Assembly (NCBI GenBank): GCA_046761065.1
Contig: JBHIFL010000008.1
Coordinates: forward strand, 1 to 64,000
Direction: 5' to 3'
DNA: 64,000 nucleotides
From: Candidatus Heimdallarchaeota archaeon
Lineage (GTDB): Archaea > Asgardarchaeota > Wukongarchaeia > Wukongarchaeales > JBHIFL01
How positions within the stretch are numbered: position 1 is the stretch's first letter; the number at the start of each line of letters is the position of its first letter. Of the stretch, positions 42,147-52,845 are shown one piece after another. The notes under the pieces are model-generated. The model saw only the letters and a program-made list of their open reading frames with translations. It was not told the origin of the DNA and made no database searches. The translations under genes were made by a program, and so were the position numbers.

Positions 42147-42875
42147 ATGCAGGAATTTACGACCCGCCTTTTAGAGGTAATCCCACGTACCCATTGTGAT
42201 GTATGTGCAAAGGCAATTAGTTTTCGTTTTGAAGATCCGATTGAGTTGCAGTATAAGGCAGGACAGTTCTTTGTTATTGATATCCCAGTTAATAGGGAGA
42301 AATACCGCCACCATTTTTCCTTCTCAAGTAGTCCCACAGAAAAAGGTTATCTTGAGTTTACAACAAAAATGAGCGATTCTAATTTTAAAAAGGCATTACG
42401 CGAATTGAATCCTGGCGATATTGTTAATTTAAAAGGTCCCTTTGGAAATTTTACTCTTACTGAGGGAATCAAGAAGATTGCCATGCTTGCTGGAGGGATC
42501 GGGATAACACCATTCAGAAGCATCATTAAAGATAGCATAGACAAAAATCAAGCGTTAAATTTCATTTTACTTTACGGGAATCATAGAGAAGAAGATATCA
42601 TCTTTAAGGAGGAGTTCGATAAGATTCAATCTTCGTTTCGCAATCTGAAAGTGGTTCACATACTTTTAGAACCACCAGAAGCATGGAACGGATATACAGG
42701 ATTTATAAATTCGAAAATAATACAAACAGAGATCCCGGATCTCACTGAAAGGCACTTTTATGTCTGTGGACCTCCACAAATGATCGAGGACATGAAAAAA
42801 ATACTACACGAACTTAGCATCCCGAATGAACAGATTAAAACAGAAGCTTTCACCGGATATTTAGGATCCACTTAA
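42147..42875 (+). CDS. FAD/NAD(P)-binding oxidoreductase (ferredoxin-NADP reductase family)
   Basis: FSFSSSP, GPFG, AGGIGITP, YVCGPP. Confidence 0.93.
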   Translation: MQEFTTRLLEVIPRTHCDVCAKAISFRFEDPIELQYKAGQFFVIDIPVNREKYRHHFSFSSSPTEKGYLEFTTKMSDSNFKKALRELNPGDIVNLKGPFGNFTLTEGIKKIAMLAGGIGITPFRSIIKDSIDKNQALNFILLYGNHREEDIIFKEEFDKIQSSFRNLKVVHILLEPPEAWNGYTGFINSKIIQTEIPDLTERHFYVCGPPQMIEDMKKILHELSIPNEQIKTEAFTGYLGST

Positions 42876-42966
42876 CACAATGAATCCCATCACTCGACCA
42901 TTTTCTAGTAGCAAATAATGCGGAAAAACGAACAAATAATGGTTAGTTGTCAGTAAATTTCATACC

Positions 42967-43887
42967 TTGGGAATTAAAATGAGAGTTTTCGATTTCACTT
43001 TTTTACGTCGAAAAGACTTATTTATTTTATCCGGATGTTTATTTGCATTGGCCCTTTTTCAGATCGCATTAGAACAACAAACTACTCTTCTTTCCCCACA
43101 AGCAAGAAAAAGTGAGATTCAACCGTTTTTAATTCTTAACCACTCAATTTTTGAGTATTTAGGTCTCCTTCTCCCAATATTCACAATATTATATCTATTT
43201 ATGCACAAACGGGCTGGAATGGAATATCTACATCAACTTAGAAAATGGATCGCAACAACCTTACTTATCTTTACTGCATTCGCGATCCTGATAATCATAC
43301 TCATGTTACACATATACATCCCAATGCCACCAGTACAGTTAGGTGAAATAATAACAACTGCACCAACTCCTGTTACTCCAGTCTCTCCCTCTAGCCCAGT
43401 CACATATCAATTAGATATACTCGAGTTTCTTGTCAAATATAGAAACTTCTTCCTTCTTGTTATCCTCATCTTACCTTTAATGGTTCTCATCTGGCTTCAA
43501 AGAAGTTCTCCTGATTTCTCTCTTGACAAACAAGAATTACAAGAGATTTTCCCGGGGGATAAACAGGACCAATATAAAAATCGAACGATTCTCGAATGTT
43601 ATTACCAAGCGTCTTATTCCTTAGAAGGACGAGGAGCAGATAGTTCCGAAAGCCTTACACCAACAGAATTCAGTATAGATGTTATCGCTAAAAATTTGTC
43701 CTCTATCTCATCTATTGTCGGGATTACGAATTTATTCGAGAAGGCGAAATTTTCAAATCATCTAATGCCAGCACAAGATGTCGAACGGGCTAAGATCTAT
43801 GCCTATGAGATTGTATCTAGTGATTGGTTAGGTGAGGAAGATGGAGGAGGGAACCAAAAGATAAAAACTAAGGATGAAAATGAATGA
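42967..43887 (+). CDS. DUF4129-domain membrane protein (MoxR operon)
   Basis: TM helices; SLTPTEF..LFEKAKFS. Confidence 0.75.
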   Translation: MGIKMRVFDFTFLRRKDLFILSGCLFALALFQIALEQQTTLLSPQARKSEIQPFLILNHSIFEYLGLLLPIFTILYLFMHKRAGMEYLHQLRKWIATTLLIFTAFAILIIILMLHIYIPMPPVQLGEIITTAPTPVTPVSPSSPVTYQLDILEFLVKYRNFFLLVILILPLMVLIWLQRSSPDFSLDKQELQEIFPGDKQDQYKNRTILECYYQASYSLEGRGADSSESLTPTEFSIDVIAKNLSSISSIVGITNLFEKAKFSNHLMPAQDVERAKIYAYEIVSSDWLGEEDGGGNQKIKTKDENE

Positions 43888-44384
43888 GCTTTATTGATAA
43901 TATTCTATCATTTTTAGAACTCACGAACCCTCTTGTAATAATTATTCTCCTTATATTGAGTTATCAAGCCATTTATTCTCAATGGGTTAAAGAAAAGGTC
44001 GATCCTAAAGTTTATTCCTTTAACAAAGGCAAAACTGAATATAAAGACCCTCCCCGACCGCATAGCACGATATTTAATGAGTTTTTAGAGCTTATTTTGA
44101 TGTCAACAACAAATAAACAAAGGCAACTAACACATACTTTTTCTCGCTTAATTAATGAGCAGATTGACAACGAACTTGTTTCTTTTAATATCCAGTTTAG
44201 TACGAGTCTTAAACGTCTGATCGAAGACCCAGATGCATGGTTTGCGGAGATTTATTATCAAATTCCTGAAAGAGGTATATTTCGTAAAATGCATGCATCA
44301 GAGACGCTCCATGAAAATTTTATAAAAATTTTTGAAGAATTGCAAGATTTTTTTGATTTTCCTCTACTCACAGAGTCGGAATGA
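43884..44384 (+). CDS. Hypothetical membrane-anchored protein (MoxR operon)
   Basis: ATGA overlaps on both sides; N-terminal TM helix. Confidence 0.7.
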   Translation: MSFIDNILSFLELTNPLVIIILLILSYQAIYSQWVKEKVDPKVYSFNKGKTEYKDPPRPHSTIFNEFLELILMSTTNKQRQLTHTFSRLINEQIDNELVSFNIQFSTSLKRLIEDPDAWFAEIYYQIPERGIFRKMHASETLHENFIKIFEELQDFFDFPLLTESE

Positions 44385-45349
44385 TCACAATGCAAATAGA
44401 AGACGCTGCACATCTCTGTACCCAAATCTTAGCTGAAGTTAATAGGCATATTATAGGGAAAGAAGAAACACTAAAACAAATAATGCTGGCCTTCCTTGCG
44501 GATGGACATATCCTTTTTGAGGATTTGCCAGGGCTTGCCAAATCCTTGATTTGCCGCGCTTTTGCCACGACCTTGGGCTGTGAGTTTAAAAGAATCCAGT
44601 GTACTCCAGATCTATTACCCCAAGACATCATTGGTTCAGAAATCTATAATCAGAAAACACATGAGTTCGAATTTAAGAAGGGGCCAATTTTTTCTGATAT
44701 TATCCTATCAGATGAAATAAACCGTGCAACACCAAAAACGCAGAGTGCATTACTGGAAGCAATGGCAGAATATCAAGTTACTGTAGGAAGGACCACGTAT
44801 CAACTCACTGGTCCAGGAAAACCCTTTCTTGTTGTTGCCACTCAAAATCCTATAGAACTTGAGGGAACCTTTGCACTTCCAGAAGCCCAAATAGACCGAT
44901 TTCTAGCGAAAATTAAAATAGGATACCCAACGAAGGACGCAGAACGAATTATTCTAAGTAATCGAATTAAAAGAAAACAAAAGGCATTCAATTTCATTCA
45001 AATAACAAATCGCCAGACTTTTTACGACATGCAACGTACTGTAGAAGAGGTTCATATTTCTGATGAAATTAAGGACTACATTGTAGATATCGTGCAACGT
45101 ACGCGGGACACACCAAAAGTGAAAGTCGGTGCGTCCCCAAGAGGATCTTTAGATTTGATGGCACTCGCACGCGCTAGTGCTGTACTAAATAACCGGGATT
45201 ATGTTATTCCACAAGATGTCAAAGAACTCGCACTTATTGCCCTTGATCACCGATTAATTCTAGAAGTTAGTTCTTGGTTATCTGGAACATCTTCTAGGAT
45301 GATCCTTGAAAAAATCTTGAATGGAGTTAAAGCACCAAGAAAAGAATAA
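44381..45349 (+). CDS. moxR: MoxR family AAA+ ATPase
   Basis: EDLPGLAKS, DEINRATPKTQSALLEAM, LPEAQIDRF, GASPRG. Confidence 0.96.
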   Translation: MITMQIEDAAHLCTQILAEVNRHIIGKEETLKQIMLAFLADGHILFEDLPGLAKSLICRAFATTLGCEFKRIQCTPDLLPQDIIGSEIYNQKTHEFEFKKGPIFSDIILSDEINRATPKTQSALLEAMAEYQVTVGRTTYQLTGPGKPFLVVATQNPIELEGTFALPEAQIDRFLAKIKIGYPTKDAERIILSNRIKRKQKAFNFIQITNRQTFYDMQRTVEEVHISDEIKDYIVDIVQRTRDTPKVKVGASPRGSLDLMALARASAVLNNRDYVIPQDVKELALIALDHRLILEVSSWLSGTSSRMILEKILNGVKAPRKE

Positions 45350-45391
45350 CGTTCTTGTAATAAGAAAAAGATAAGTGAAGGAGGAATTTTC

Positions 45392-46711
45392 CTGGTAAAA
45401 CGATTCAGGTTAGAATCTTTTCTTCTTATATCCTTTATTCTCCTATTTTTAGGAACTTTATTTCGAGTGTGGTTGATCACAGGAATCCTCATTCCGTTGA
45501 TGATCATATTCTTCTTCTCACTTACAACAGATGAAATATCAATTGATCAAGTTGTAATTAAACGTTGGATTTCTAGGAATAAGACTGAAAAAAAAGGGGA
45601 TCTAATCTTTGTAAACTTAATTATTCAGAATTATGGAGATCGAATCCCTATATTTGAAATCGTAGACACCGTACCTGATGAGTGTACCATTCATGAAGGG
45701 TCAAATCATTGGCTTTTAGAATTAGATCAAGATGAAGAAATTACATTTTCTTATGCTATTCGCTGTCACAAGCGAGGACGCTATCATCTCGGACCTGTCA
45801 TTACTCGTGGTTCAGATTCGTTTCAATTTAAAAGTAAAATTAAAGAACATCCTATATCAAACTCCTTTGCGGTTGTACCCCCACTTATAAAAATTAAAAC
45901 TCTGCCTATCAATCGGCAGCCATTATTACCAGAATCAGGTTACATACCTAGTGTCATATATAGAGGACGCGATTTTGATTTTCAAGGTGTTCGAGAATAC
46001 CAAGTAGGGGATGAATTAAGAGCGATCAATTGGCGAGTTACTGCAAAATTTAACAAACTCTCAACAAATGAATTTGCGCTTGATCAAACAGCCCGAATAT
46101 TTATAATATTTGATCATACGACTTCTACGCAACGTGTTCTTGAAGAAGGAGTGATGGCAGCTTTAAGTACATCTGAGTATTTAATCTCTCAGAGAAATAA
46201 GGTTGGATTTTTCAGTATAGGCGAAATTGTTGAAAAAATTCCACCAGCACCAGGAAAACGGCAGTTACTTCGAATTAATGAGTTATTAATAGATGCAAAG
46301 GCTTCAGCTCCTTTTCATGACGAGATTTTAAACCAACGAATCCAAAAAACCCTTTTACCTTCATTACCTCCTTTTGCTCAGATTTTCTTTATTAGCCCGA
46401 TATATAGTCGCCTTGTATTAGATTTTCTTATAGATTTAAAAAAAAGAGGTCACAATATCGTGTTAATTATTCCACGTCTCGAAGACGAGCGGGAAAGTCT
46501 AGCGTTCATCCCAAATGGATTACAGAATGAACATGGATCATTATTATCAGATCATGCGCACATCCACAAAGCATCACAGATTGCAAATGGGCTATTAATG
46601 CTTGATCGTATATACGTTTCAAACCAAATTGCAAAAATGGGCATCATTCCATTATATTGGTATCCTGAAGGTCCCAAATACGAAACAATTAATGTGAGAC
46701 GAGCAAGATGA
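45392..46711 (+). CDS. DUF58 domain protein; probable CTG start at 45392
   Basis: RGRY..GP, FQGVREYQVGDELRAINWRVTA; GGAGG at 45380-45384 precedes in-frame CTG. Confidence 0.88.
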   Translation: MVKRFRLESFLLISFILLFLGTLFRVWLITGILIPLMIIFFFSLTTDEISIDQVVIKRWISRNKTEKKGDLIFVNLIIQNYGDRIPIFEIVDTVPDECTIHEGSNHWLLELDQDEEITFSYAIRCHKRGRYHLGPVITRGSDSFQFKSKIKEHPISNSFAVVPPLIKIKTLPINRQPLLPESGYIPSVIYRGRDFDFQGVREYQVGDELRAINWRVTAKFNKLSTNEFALDQTARIFIIFDHTTSTQRVLEEGVMAALSTSEYLISQRNKVGFFSIGEIVEKIPPAPGKRQLLRINELLIDAKASAPFHDEILNQRIQKTLLPSLPPFAQIFFISPIYSRLVLDFLIDLKKRGHNIVLIIPRLEDERESLAFIPNGLQNEHGSLLSDHAHIHKASQIANGLLMLDRIYVSNQIAKMGIIPLYWYPEGPKYETINVRRAR

Positions 46712-47301
46712 AGCTAAAACCATTTATTTGGGGCATACAATTTATTATGATATTTACTTTTCTCCTCTTCTCCTTTTTTCCGCTTCTTTATAATTTATTA
46801 AATCGATTTCCCTCCCATTTAGGCATGATAATAATGGTCTCAATCCCATTTAGCTTGACTATTTATGGGATAATGACGTTGAAAACAAAATTGAGAGAAA
46901 TAAGCACAATTTTTTTTTCCTTTGGAATTATATTTAGTTTCTCAGATAGCTTCATACTTTCTTTTGGAATTGTTCTTACTTGGGTGTTCTATGAAATTTG
47001 GATGATCGCCTGGAGATACAATCAGCTTGACATGGAATATCTTCCTTATCCCTCAAATAGTCGAGAAAGGTTGAAACTAAATAGAACTTTTCAAAATCAG
47101 ATTATATCTATCAGTTTGCTTGCTTGGATCGTGATATCTCTATCGTGGGGGGTATTATTTGTTGCACAAAACTTCTATATTCGACTTGGAAATTATGGTA
47201 CTCTAGGTATCTCAATATCCATTGCTATGTTACTTATCCTGTACCTATTATCAAAATATTTTGGAGTTCCTCCAAAACAAAGAACTTTATACCAAGAATA
47301 A
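46708..47301 (+). CDS. Hypothetical membrane protein (MoxR operon)
   Basis: Multiple TM helices; ATGA overlap with DUF58 gene. Confidence 0.75.
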   Translation: MKLKPFIWGIQFIMIFTFLLFSFFPLLYNLLNRFPSHLGMIIMVSIPFSLTIYGIMTLKTKLREISTIFFSFGIIFSFSDSFILSFGIVLTWVFYEIWMIAWRYNQLDMEYLPYPSNSRERLKLNRTFQNQIISISLLAWIVISLSWGVLFVAQNFYIRLGNYGTLGISISIAMLLILYLLSKYFGVPPKQRTLYQE

Positions 47302-47310
47302 GTCAGATTG

Positions 47311-47347
47311 AACTATTGATACAGGTGATAACTATGATACAGGTGAT
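47311..47347 (+). repeat. Imperfect 18-19 bp tandem duplication
   Basis: AACTATTGATACAGGTGAT followed by AACTATGATACAGGTGAT. Confidence 0.8.
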
Positions 47348-47427
47348 AAATAGACGGAAATAACATTTGATAGGCAAGATTACCAATTACGCCGGCAATA
47401 ACTAAGATATTAGGTTCAATCGATTTT

Positions 47428-48357
47428 TCAGACATCTTCACCTTTCCGCTTAACAGCATGACCCCCAAATTGTTCGCGCATTATCGCCAGTAACCGATCG
47501 GAATAGGACTCTTTATCACGGGATCGTAAACGCTGGAGCAGTGCCAAAGTTATTACAGGAGCCGCTACATCTTGATTAATTGCCTCAAATACAGTCCAAC
47601 GACCCTCTCCAGAATCCTGGACGTATGGTTCGATCTCTTGTAATTCTGTATCGTCTTCCAAGGCTCTTGCGATCAAATCCAACAGCCATGATCTAACTAC
47701 ACTACCAAACCGCCAGATCTCAGCTACTTGGTGAAGGTTTAGTGCAAATTCTGCTTTATGCTTCATAATCGCAAAACCCTCTGAATAAGCCTCCATAATA
47801 CCATATTCTATTCCATTATGAACCATCTTCACGAAATGTCCTGCGCCATTAGGTCCTACATATCCCCATCCTTTATCTGGGGCAGGAGCTAAGACCTCAA
47901 AAATAGGTCGTAAATATTCAACAATTTCTTTTTCGCCACCTACCATCATGCTATAGCCCTCTGTGAGTCCCCAAACCCCACCACTCGTACCAACATCTAC
48001 AAACGCAATACCTTTCTCTTTGAGGAGGATTGCGCGATGTACTGTGTCGTTAAAATTAGAATTTCCACCATCAATGATAATGTCGCCCTTCTCTAATTTT
48101 GGGAGTAAAGCTGTAATGGTTTTGTCGACGGGATCTCCTGCGGGGATCATAAGCCAAATCACGCGTGGAGAGTCTAAGTTGTGTACTAGCTCATCTAATG
48201 AATATGCCCCCATGGCACCTTTTTCCACGATTTGATCAACTGTTGCTTTCGTTCGTGCGAATCCAATGACTTTATGCCCTCCCTGAAGAAGCCGCATTAC
48301 CATATTCGCTCCCATTCGTCCAAGTCCGATCATTCCGAGTTTCATTTTTAATCCCAC
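47428..48357 (-). CDS. gnd: 6-phosphogluconate dehydrogenase, decarboxylating (short YqeC type)
   Basis: GLGRMG, IDGGNS, GTSGG, GHFVKMVHNGIEY, DSGEGRW, QFGGH. Confidence 0.96.
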   Translation of the reverse strand: MGLKMKLGMIGLGRMGANMVMRLLQGGHKVIGFARTKATVDQIVEKGAMGAYSLDELVHNLDSPRVIWLMIPAGDPVDKTITALLPKLEKGDIIIDGGNSNFNDTVHRAILLKEKGIAFVDVGTSGGVWGLTEGYSMMVGGEKEIVEYLRPIFEVLAPAPDKGWGYVGPNGAGHFVKMVHNGIEYGIMEAYSEGFAIMKHKAEFALNLHQVAEIWRFGSVVRSWLLDLIARALEDDTELQEIEPYVQDSGEGRWTVFEAINQDVAAPVITLALLQRLRSRDKESYSDRLLAIMREQFGGHAVKRKGEDV

Positions 48358-48367
48358 TTTGTTTGTA

Positions 48368-50068
48368 TCAGTTCTGTTCTTTTATGAATCGAAGGAGTTG
48401 TGAAAGTCCACCTTTGACATCCTTTTTTAGGTTGATACGCAGGACTCGCCGGTTGCGCTGTTTTAAAGCATAATAATCTCCTAAAGCTTGAGCTTGGATA
48501 ATCTGTCCAAATGTGTAATTAACCTCAGGAACTGTTATGTCTTTGTCAGGCTCATCTATAAGTTGTAAGAAAAGGCCTTTGTTGGGTCCACCTTTATGCA
48601 ATTGTCCTGTGGAGTGAAGGTACCGCGGCCCAAATCCTAATGTTGTTGCTATTTGCAATTGATGTAATAGTTCGTTACGAATTTTTTGTAACAATTCAGT
48701 CGTCTCAGATTTCGGTTCTAGATACGCTTGGATTGCAACGTAATCCCCCTTCCTTGCTTGACTCAGCCATTTCTTAAGGTTTTCAGCTAAGACCTCAGGA
48801 TTCTCTACTAATATCGTCTCTGGTGTTTTCTCATCTGTTATCCCTTTTTCTATCTCGCTCATCATTTTCTTTGTAAGATCTTTAACCAGCTGGACATCTG
48901 GTTGGTTAAATGGATGAATACCTAAAACTGAACCAGCTGCTGCTGTTGCCATCTCCCAGCAGTACATTTCTTGACTTAGATTAATTTTCTCAGTTATGTT
49001 TATATAGACAACTGGATGTCCTGCGTCTTCCAAGGCTTTCATTAGTGTATTAAGTTCTGCCTTCTCTTTCTCATGAAAGAAATAAATGAAAAACCGATCG
49101 CTCCCATAGATCTCTGGTGGCCCAATGGGTTCATTTACAATTGGGATGATACCTTTCCCATCTTTCCCTGTACTTTCAGCAAGGAGTTGTTCTACCCATT
49201 CAGGGAAGTTTTTAATTGAAGATGAAGCGAAAAAAGTAACCTTGTCTCGACCAACTTTAGCTAATTCGCCTAAAGCAGCACCCAACGTTAATCCAGATGT
49301 CTCACGAGAGGAGACGTAGAATGCACAGTTTTCTGACATTAAAGAAGCACGATCAATGAGTTTATGTATATCTATTCCAATTAATGCTGCTGGTATCATT
49401 CCAAAATGGGTTAATGCCGAATAACGCCCCCCAACATCTGGTGGAGCTTTAAATATTCGATGAAATCCTCTTTGCTCTCCCAGTTGTATAAGAGGTGTAC
49501 CTGGGTCAGTGATTGCAATAAATTGATAATCGGGGTCTTTAGTTAATTGACTTACTTTATTCCAAAAATACTTAAAAAGGGATAAGGTTTCTAAGGTGGT
49601 TCCAGATTTACTTGTTACTATAAATAAGGATTCCCTGAGATCAATTTTGGTTTCTACTGTACGAATCGCGGAAGGATGGGTGCTATCTAAAACCATTAAT
49701 TCAGGATATCCTTCTGAGTTGCCAAAAATGTTTGAAAAGACCTTAGGTGCTAAACTCGAACCTCCCATTCCAAGGAGAACAACATGACGTATCCCTTCGG
49801 ATTTAACTTTCTTTGAAAATGAGAGAATATTCTCAATTTGAGGTTCCATGATTTCGGGTAACATCAGCCAACCTAATCGATCGGTTATTTCAGGAACTGG
49901 CTTGGAAACCCATAAGGTGGGGTCTTTTGCCCAGATTCGTCGTATGAAGTTATTTTCTTTCCAATATTCTAAACGTTTTTCTATTTGAGCTTGATACATT
50001 CCGAGTTTCATGATTCGAATATTGAATTGATTGATATCTTCGCTTGATGCCACCCAGGTCAACTCCAT
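48368..50068 (-). CDS. pgi: Glucose-6-phosphate isomerase (type found in bacterial Tal-Pgi fusions)
   Basis: GMGGSSL, SKSGTTLET, VGGRYS, QLLAESTGK, PFNQPDV, HSTGQLHKGG. Confidence 0.92.
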   Translation of the reverse strand: MELTWVASSEDINQFNIRIMKLGMYQAQIEKRLEYWKENNFIRRIWAKDPTLWVSKPVPEITDRLGWLMLPEIMEPQIENILSFSKKVKSEGIRHVVLLGMGGSSLAPKVFSNIFGNSEGYPELMVLDSTHPSAIRTVETKIDLRESLFIVTSKSGTTLETLSLFKYFWNKVSQLTKDPDYQFIAITDPGTPLIQLGEQRGFHRIFKAPPDVGGRYSALTHFGMIPAALIGIDIHKLIDRASLMSENCAFYVSSRETSGLTLGAALGELAKVGRDKVTFFASSSIKNFPEWVEQLLAESTGKDGKGIIPIVNEPIGPPEIYGSDRFFIYFFHEKEKAELNTLMKALEDAGHPVVYINITEKINLSQEMYCWEMATAAAGSVLGIHPFNQPDVQLVKDLTKKMMSEIEKGITDEKTPETILVENPEVLAENLKKWLSQARKGDYVAIQAYLEPKSETTELLQKIRNELLHQLQIATTLGFGPRYLHSTGQLHKGGPNKGLFLQLIDEPDKDITVPEVNYTFGQIIQAQALGDYYALKQRNRRVLRINLKKDVKGGLSQLLRFIKEQN

Positions 50069-50155
50069 GTATAAGTTAGATCTGGATTATCACCTTTTCA
50101 TATCTAGTACTCATACTCATTATTAAGGAGCAATCAACGTTGATCCTAAGATCCT

Positions 50156-51256
50156 TTAAAAATCACTCCACGCCGTTTCTTGGAATGCTATGGCAAAACG
50201 TGGGCAAATTGATGTGCAGAGACCACATCCGTAACATTTGTCTACATCGAGTTCTATTTCATTCTCCTGAATTGTAAGCGCGTCATAAACACAAGTTTGA
50301 ACACAGATCCCACAAAGGTTGCACGCCACATGGTCAATTACTGGAACCGCTTGAATTTTACTTATTGTAGAGGGAATATGTGCCAGTGCTAGGCCTTTAA
50401 TGTCTTCAATGGAATCATGATCATGTTGTCTTAACCAATCTTCTATATCCTTAGCAATCTTACCATAAATCGTATGACCTCGGAGAATTGCTTGTGTGCA
50501 TACCTGTATGGCTGTTGCACCAGCCATTATATATTCAACAGCATCAGCTCCAGTAGATACACCACCTACACCAATAACAGGCTTCTTGACGGCTTTACAG
50601 ATATCTGCAACACATCGTATTGCAAGGGGCTTCAGAGCCGGCCCACTTAGCCAACCGTAATTTCCAAGAAAAGGGCGACCAGTCTCGATATCTATATGAA
50701 GTGTCGGTCCGAGGGTGTTAATAGCTGTAAAACCATCAACATATTGCTCAATGGTCCTAGCGAGCTTCGCTAGATCTTCACTACTGTGTGGACTTAGTTT
50801 TGCGAAAAGAAGGACTTCAACGACTTCTCTGAGTGCTTTAGCTATTTGATCAACTTCTTTGATGTAATGAACACTAAATTCAATCGCATCACATCCTGCA
50901 GCTACCATTTGGGGCGCCAGCTCGGTCACTTCCTCCGGGGTGTATCCAACACTTCCAATCAATGGGAGCTCCGCAAGTTTTGCTTTCTTATATTCCGTTT
51001 GAAGCCATTGTTTTGCAGGGATATCGCTCCATAGCTCTGTGTTGAGCAATCCAACTGTTCTTCTTCGATTAAGAACAGCCATATTGGGACGAGGGACTTC
51101 TGCGGGTTTTAAGCTGATAGTCTTAGCTACAAGGCCTCCTGCTCCCCCTTTCGCCGCCTTTAGAAGAGTCGCCCCGTCTCGAGCCATTGGGCCAGCGGCT
51201 GTAAGGATTGGATTTCGTAGGATTAACCCTGCTAAGTTTGTAGTTAAAGTACCCAC
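50156..51256 (-). CDS. Dihydroorotate/dihydropyrimidine dehydrogenase-like flavoprotein with C-terminal 2x[4Fe-4S] (PreA-like)
   Basis: AKT, AINT, LSGPALKP, GVGG; two CxxCxxCxxxC motifs. Confidence 0.88.
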   Translation of the reverse strand: MGTLTTNLAGLILRNPILTAAGPMARDGATLLKAAKGGAGGLVAKTISLKPAEVPRPNMAVLNRRRTVGLLNTELWSDIPAKQWLQTEYKKAKLAELPLIGSVGYTPEEVTELAPQMVAAGCDAIEFSVHYIKEVDQIAKALREVVEVLLFAKLSPHSSEDLAKLARTIEQYVDGFTAINTLGPTLHIDIETGRPFLGNYGWLSGPALKPLAIRCVADICKAVKKPVIGVGGVSTGADAVEYIMAGATAIQVCTQAILRGHTIYGKIAKDIEDWLRQHDHDSIEDIKGLALAHIPSTISKIQAVPVIDHVACNLCGICVQTCVYDALTIQENEIELDVDKCYGCGLCTSICPRFAIAFQETAWSDF

Positions 51257-51409
51257 TCAATGACACCTCTTATAACTTGAAATCCTATCTCAGTAAGGTA
51301 GGAAAAACACTCTATAAATACCTCTTCTTCCTCTCGATAATGTGTCATCAAAGAGAAAGACCTTTACACGCACAATTGCATTGATTAATTTGTCGAAGGA
51401 GGTTTAATC

Positions 51410-52750
51410 ATGTCAGATATCCTTATCCGTGACGGTCTTGTTATCACAATGAATGATAGGCGAGAAATCATTGAATCCGGCTCTGTTCTCATTCAAGGAA
51501 ACAAAATCACTGCTGTAGGTAAAACAGATGAGGTCATTTCAATATCTCATGGAGATAAAGTGCTGGATGCAAAAGGCAAGATCGTGATGCCGGGGCTTTT
51601 TTGTGCCCACACTCACTTATACGCAGAGATGTTGCGGGGAGCTCCTTTACAGATCGACCCTCCCACCGATTTTATTCAGAACTTACAACGCATCTGGTGG
51701 CCTTTGGATGAAGCTTTGACCGTAGAAGCGGCCTATGCCAGTACTTTAGCTGGATGTTCTGAGCTGATTCGAACTGGCACAACGACATTCGCAGACACAT
51801 ATTCTGGACCGGAAAGCATCGAAGGAAGCCTAGATGCTATTTCAAAGGCTGTTAATGAGAGCGGCATGAGAGGAATCATCACTTTTGAAGTGACTGAACG
51901 TCATTCTCCAGAGGAAGGAGCCAAAGGATTAGAGGAGAATCGACAATTCATTGAAAAAGTAAACAAAATAAATGATTCCCGTGTGCGGGGTATGTACGCG
52001 GTTCATGCCTCTTTTACTGTTTCAAATGACCTCCTTAAAAGAACACGCGCGCTCGCGGACAAACAGCACGCAATTATAACGATTCATACATCAGAAGGTT
52101 TAGGTGATCTATACCATAATTTGAATACCTATGGGAAACGAACAGTCGAACGATTAAGGGATACGGGTATCTTGGGAGAGGATGTTGTCTTAGCCCATTG
52201 TGTCCATGTCAATAACGATGAACTCCGGCTTATCAAACAAACTGGAGCAAAGGTGGCGCATAACCCCCAAAGCAACATGCTAAATGCTGTAGGCATTTCC
52301 CCAGTCGCTAAAATGTTGGAGATGGGTATAACTGTAGGATTAGGGAATGATGGCTTTGTATTTGATGGGTTTGAGGCGATACGAGCTGCATTTCTCCTTC
52401 AAAAACTATTACACAGGGATCCACGTAAAATAACCCCTCTAGAAGCTCTTGAAATGGCTACCATTGGTGCTGCAACTTGTTATGGGATGCAAGGTGAAGT
52501 AGGCAGTTTAGAAGTAGGTAAAAAAGCCGATATAATAGTAATTAACCCATTCAAACCAACACCGTTGAATGCGAAAACAGTTCTCGGCTATCTTGTTTAC
52601 GCTTGTAGTGGACAGGACGTCGAATCAACTATCGTTAACGGACAAATTCTAATGGAACAAAAAGAACTTACGACCTTCAATCTTGAACTGGTGAATAATA
52701 TTTCCCAAGATGCTGCCCAAGACTGTTGGACAAGATTAGGCATATTATAG
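51410..52750 (+). CDS. Amidohydrolase (SsnA/MtaD-like)
   Basis: HTH, HTSE, AHCVH, GND. Confidence 0.92.
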   Translation: MSDILIRDGLVITMNDRREIIESGSVLIQGNKITAVGKTDEVISISHGDKVLDAKGKIVMPGLFCAHTHLYAEMLRGAPLQIDPPTDFIQNLQRIWWPLDEALTVEAAYASTLAGCSELIRTGTTTFADTYSGPESIEGSLDAISKAVNESGMRGIITFEVTERHSPEEGAKGLEENRQFIEKVNKINDSRVRGMYAVHASFTVSNDLLKRTRALADKQHAIITIHTSEGLGDLYHNLNTYGKRTVERLRDTGILGEDVVLAHCVHVNNDELRLIKQTGAKVAHNPQSNMLNAVGISPVAKMLEMGITVGLGNDGFVFDGFEAIRAAFLLQKLLHRDPRKITPLEALEMATIGAATCYGMQGEVGSLEVGKKADIIVINPFKPTPLNAKTVLGYLVYACSGQDVESTIVNGQILMEQKELTTFNLELVNNISQDAAQDCWTRLGIL

Positions 52751-52845
52751 AAGCATTAAATTGTCTGAATCCCGAATTTATGCTATAGTAGTATTGCCCA
52801 AGCCAAATTCCTTAATGAGACTCAAGATCACATAACTATAATTTG

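Noticed and set aside
47311-47347. Short repeats here and at 35390 as CRISPR remnants
   Set aside because: Only two adjacent units, no spacers, no cas genes
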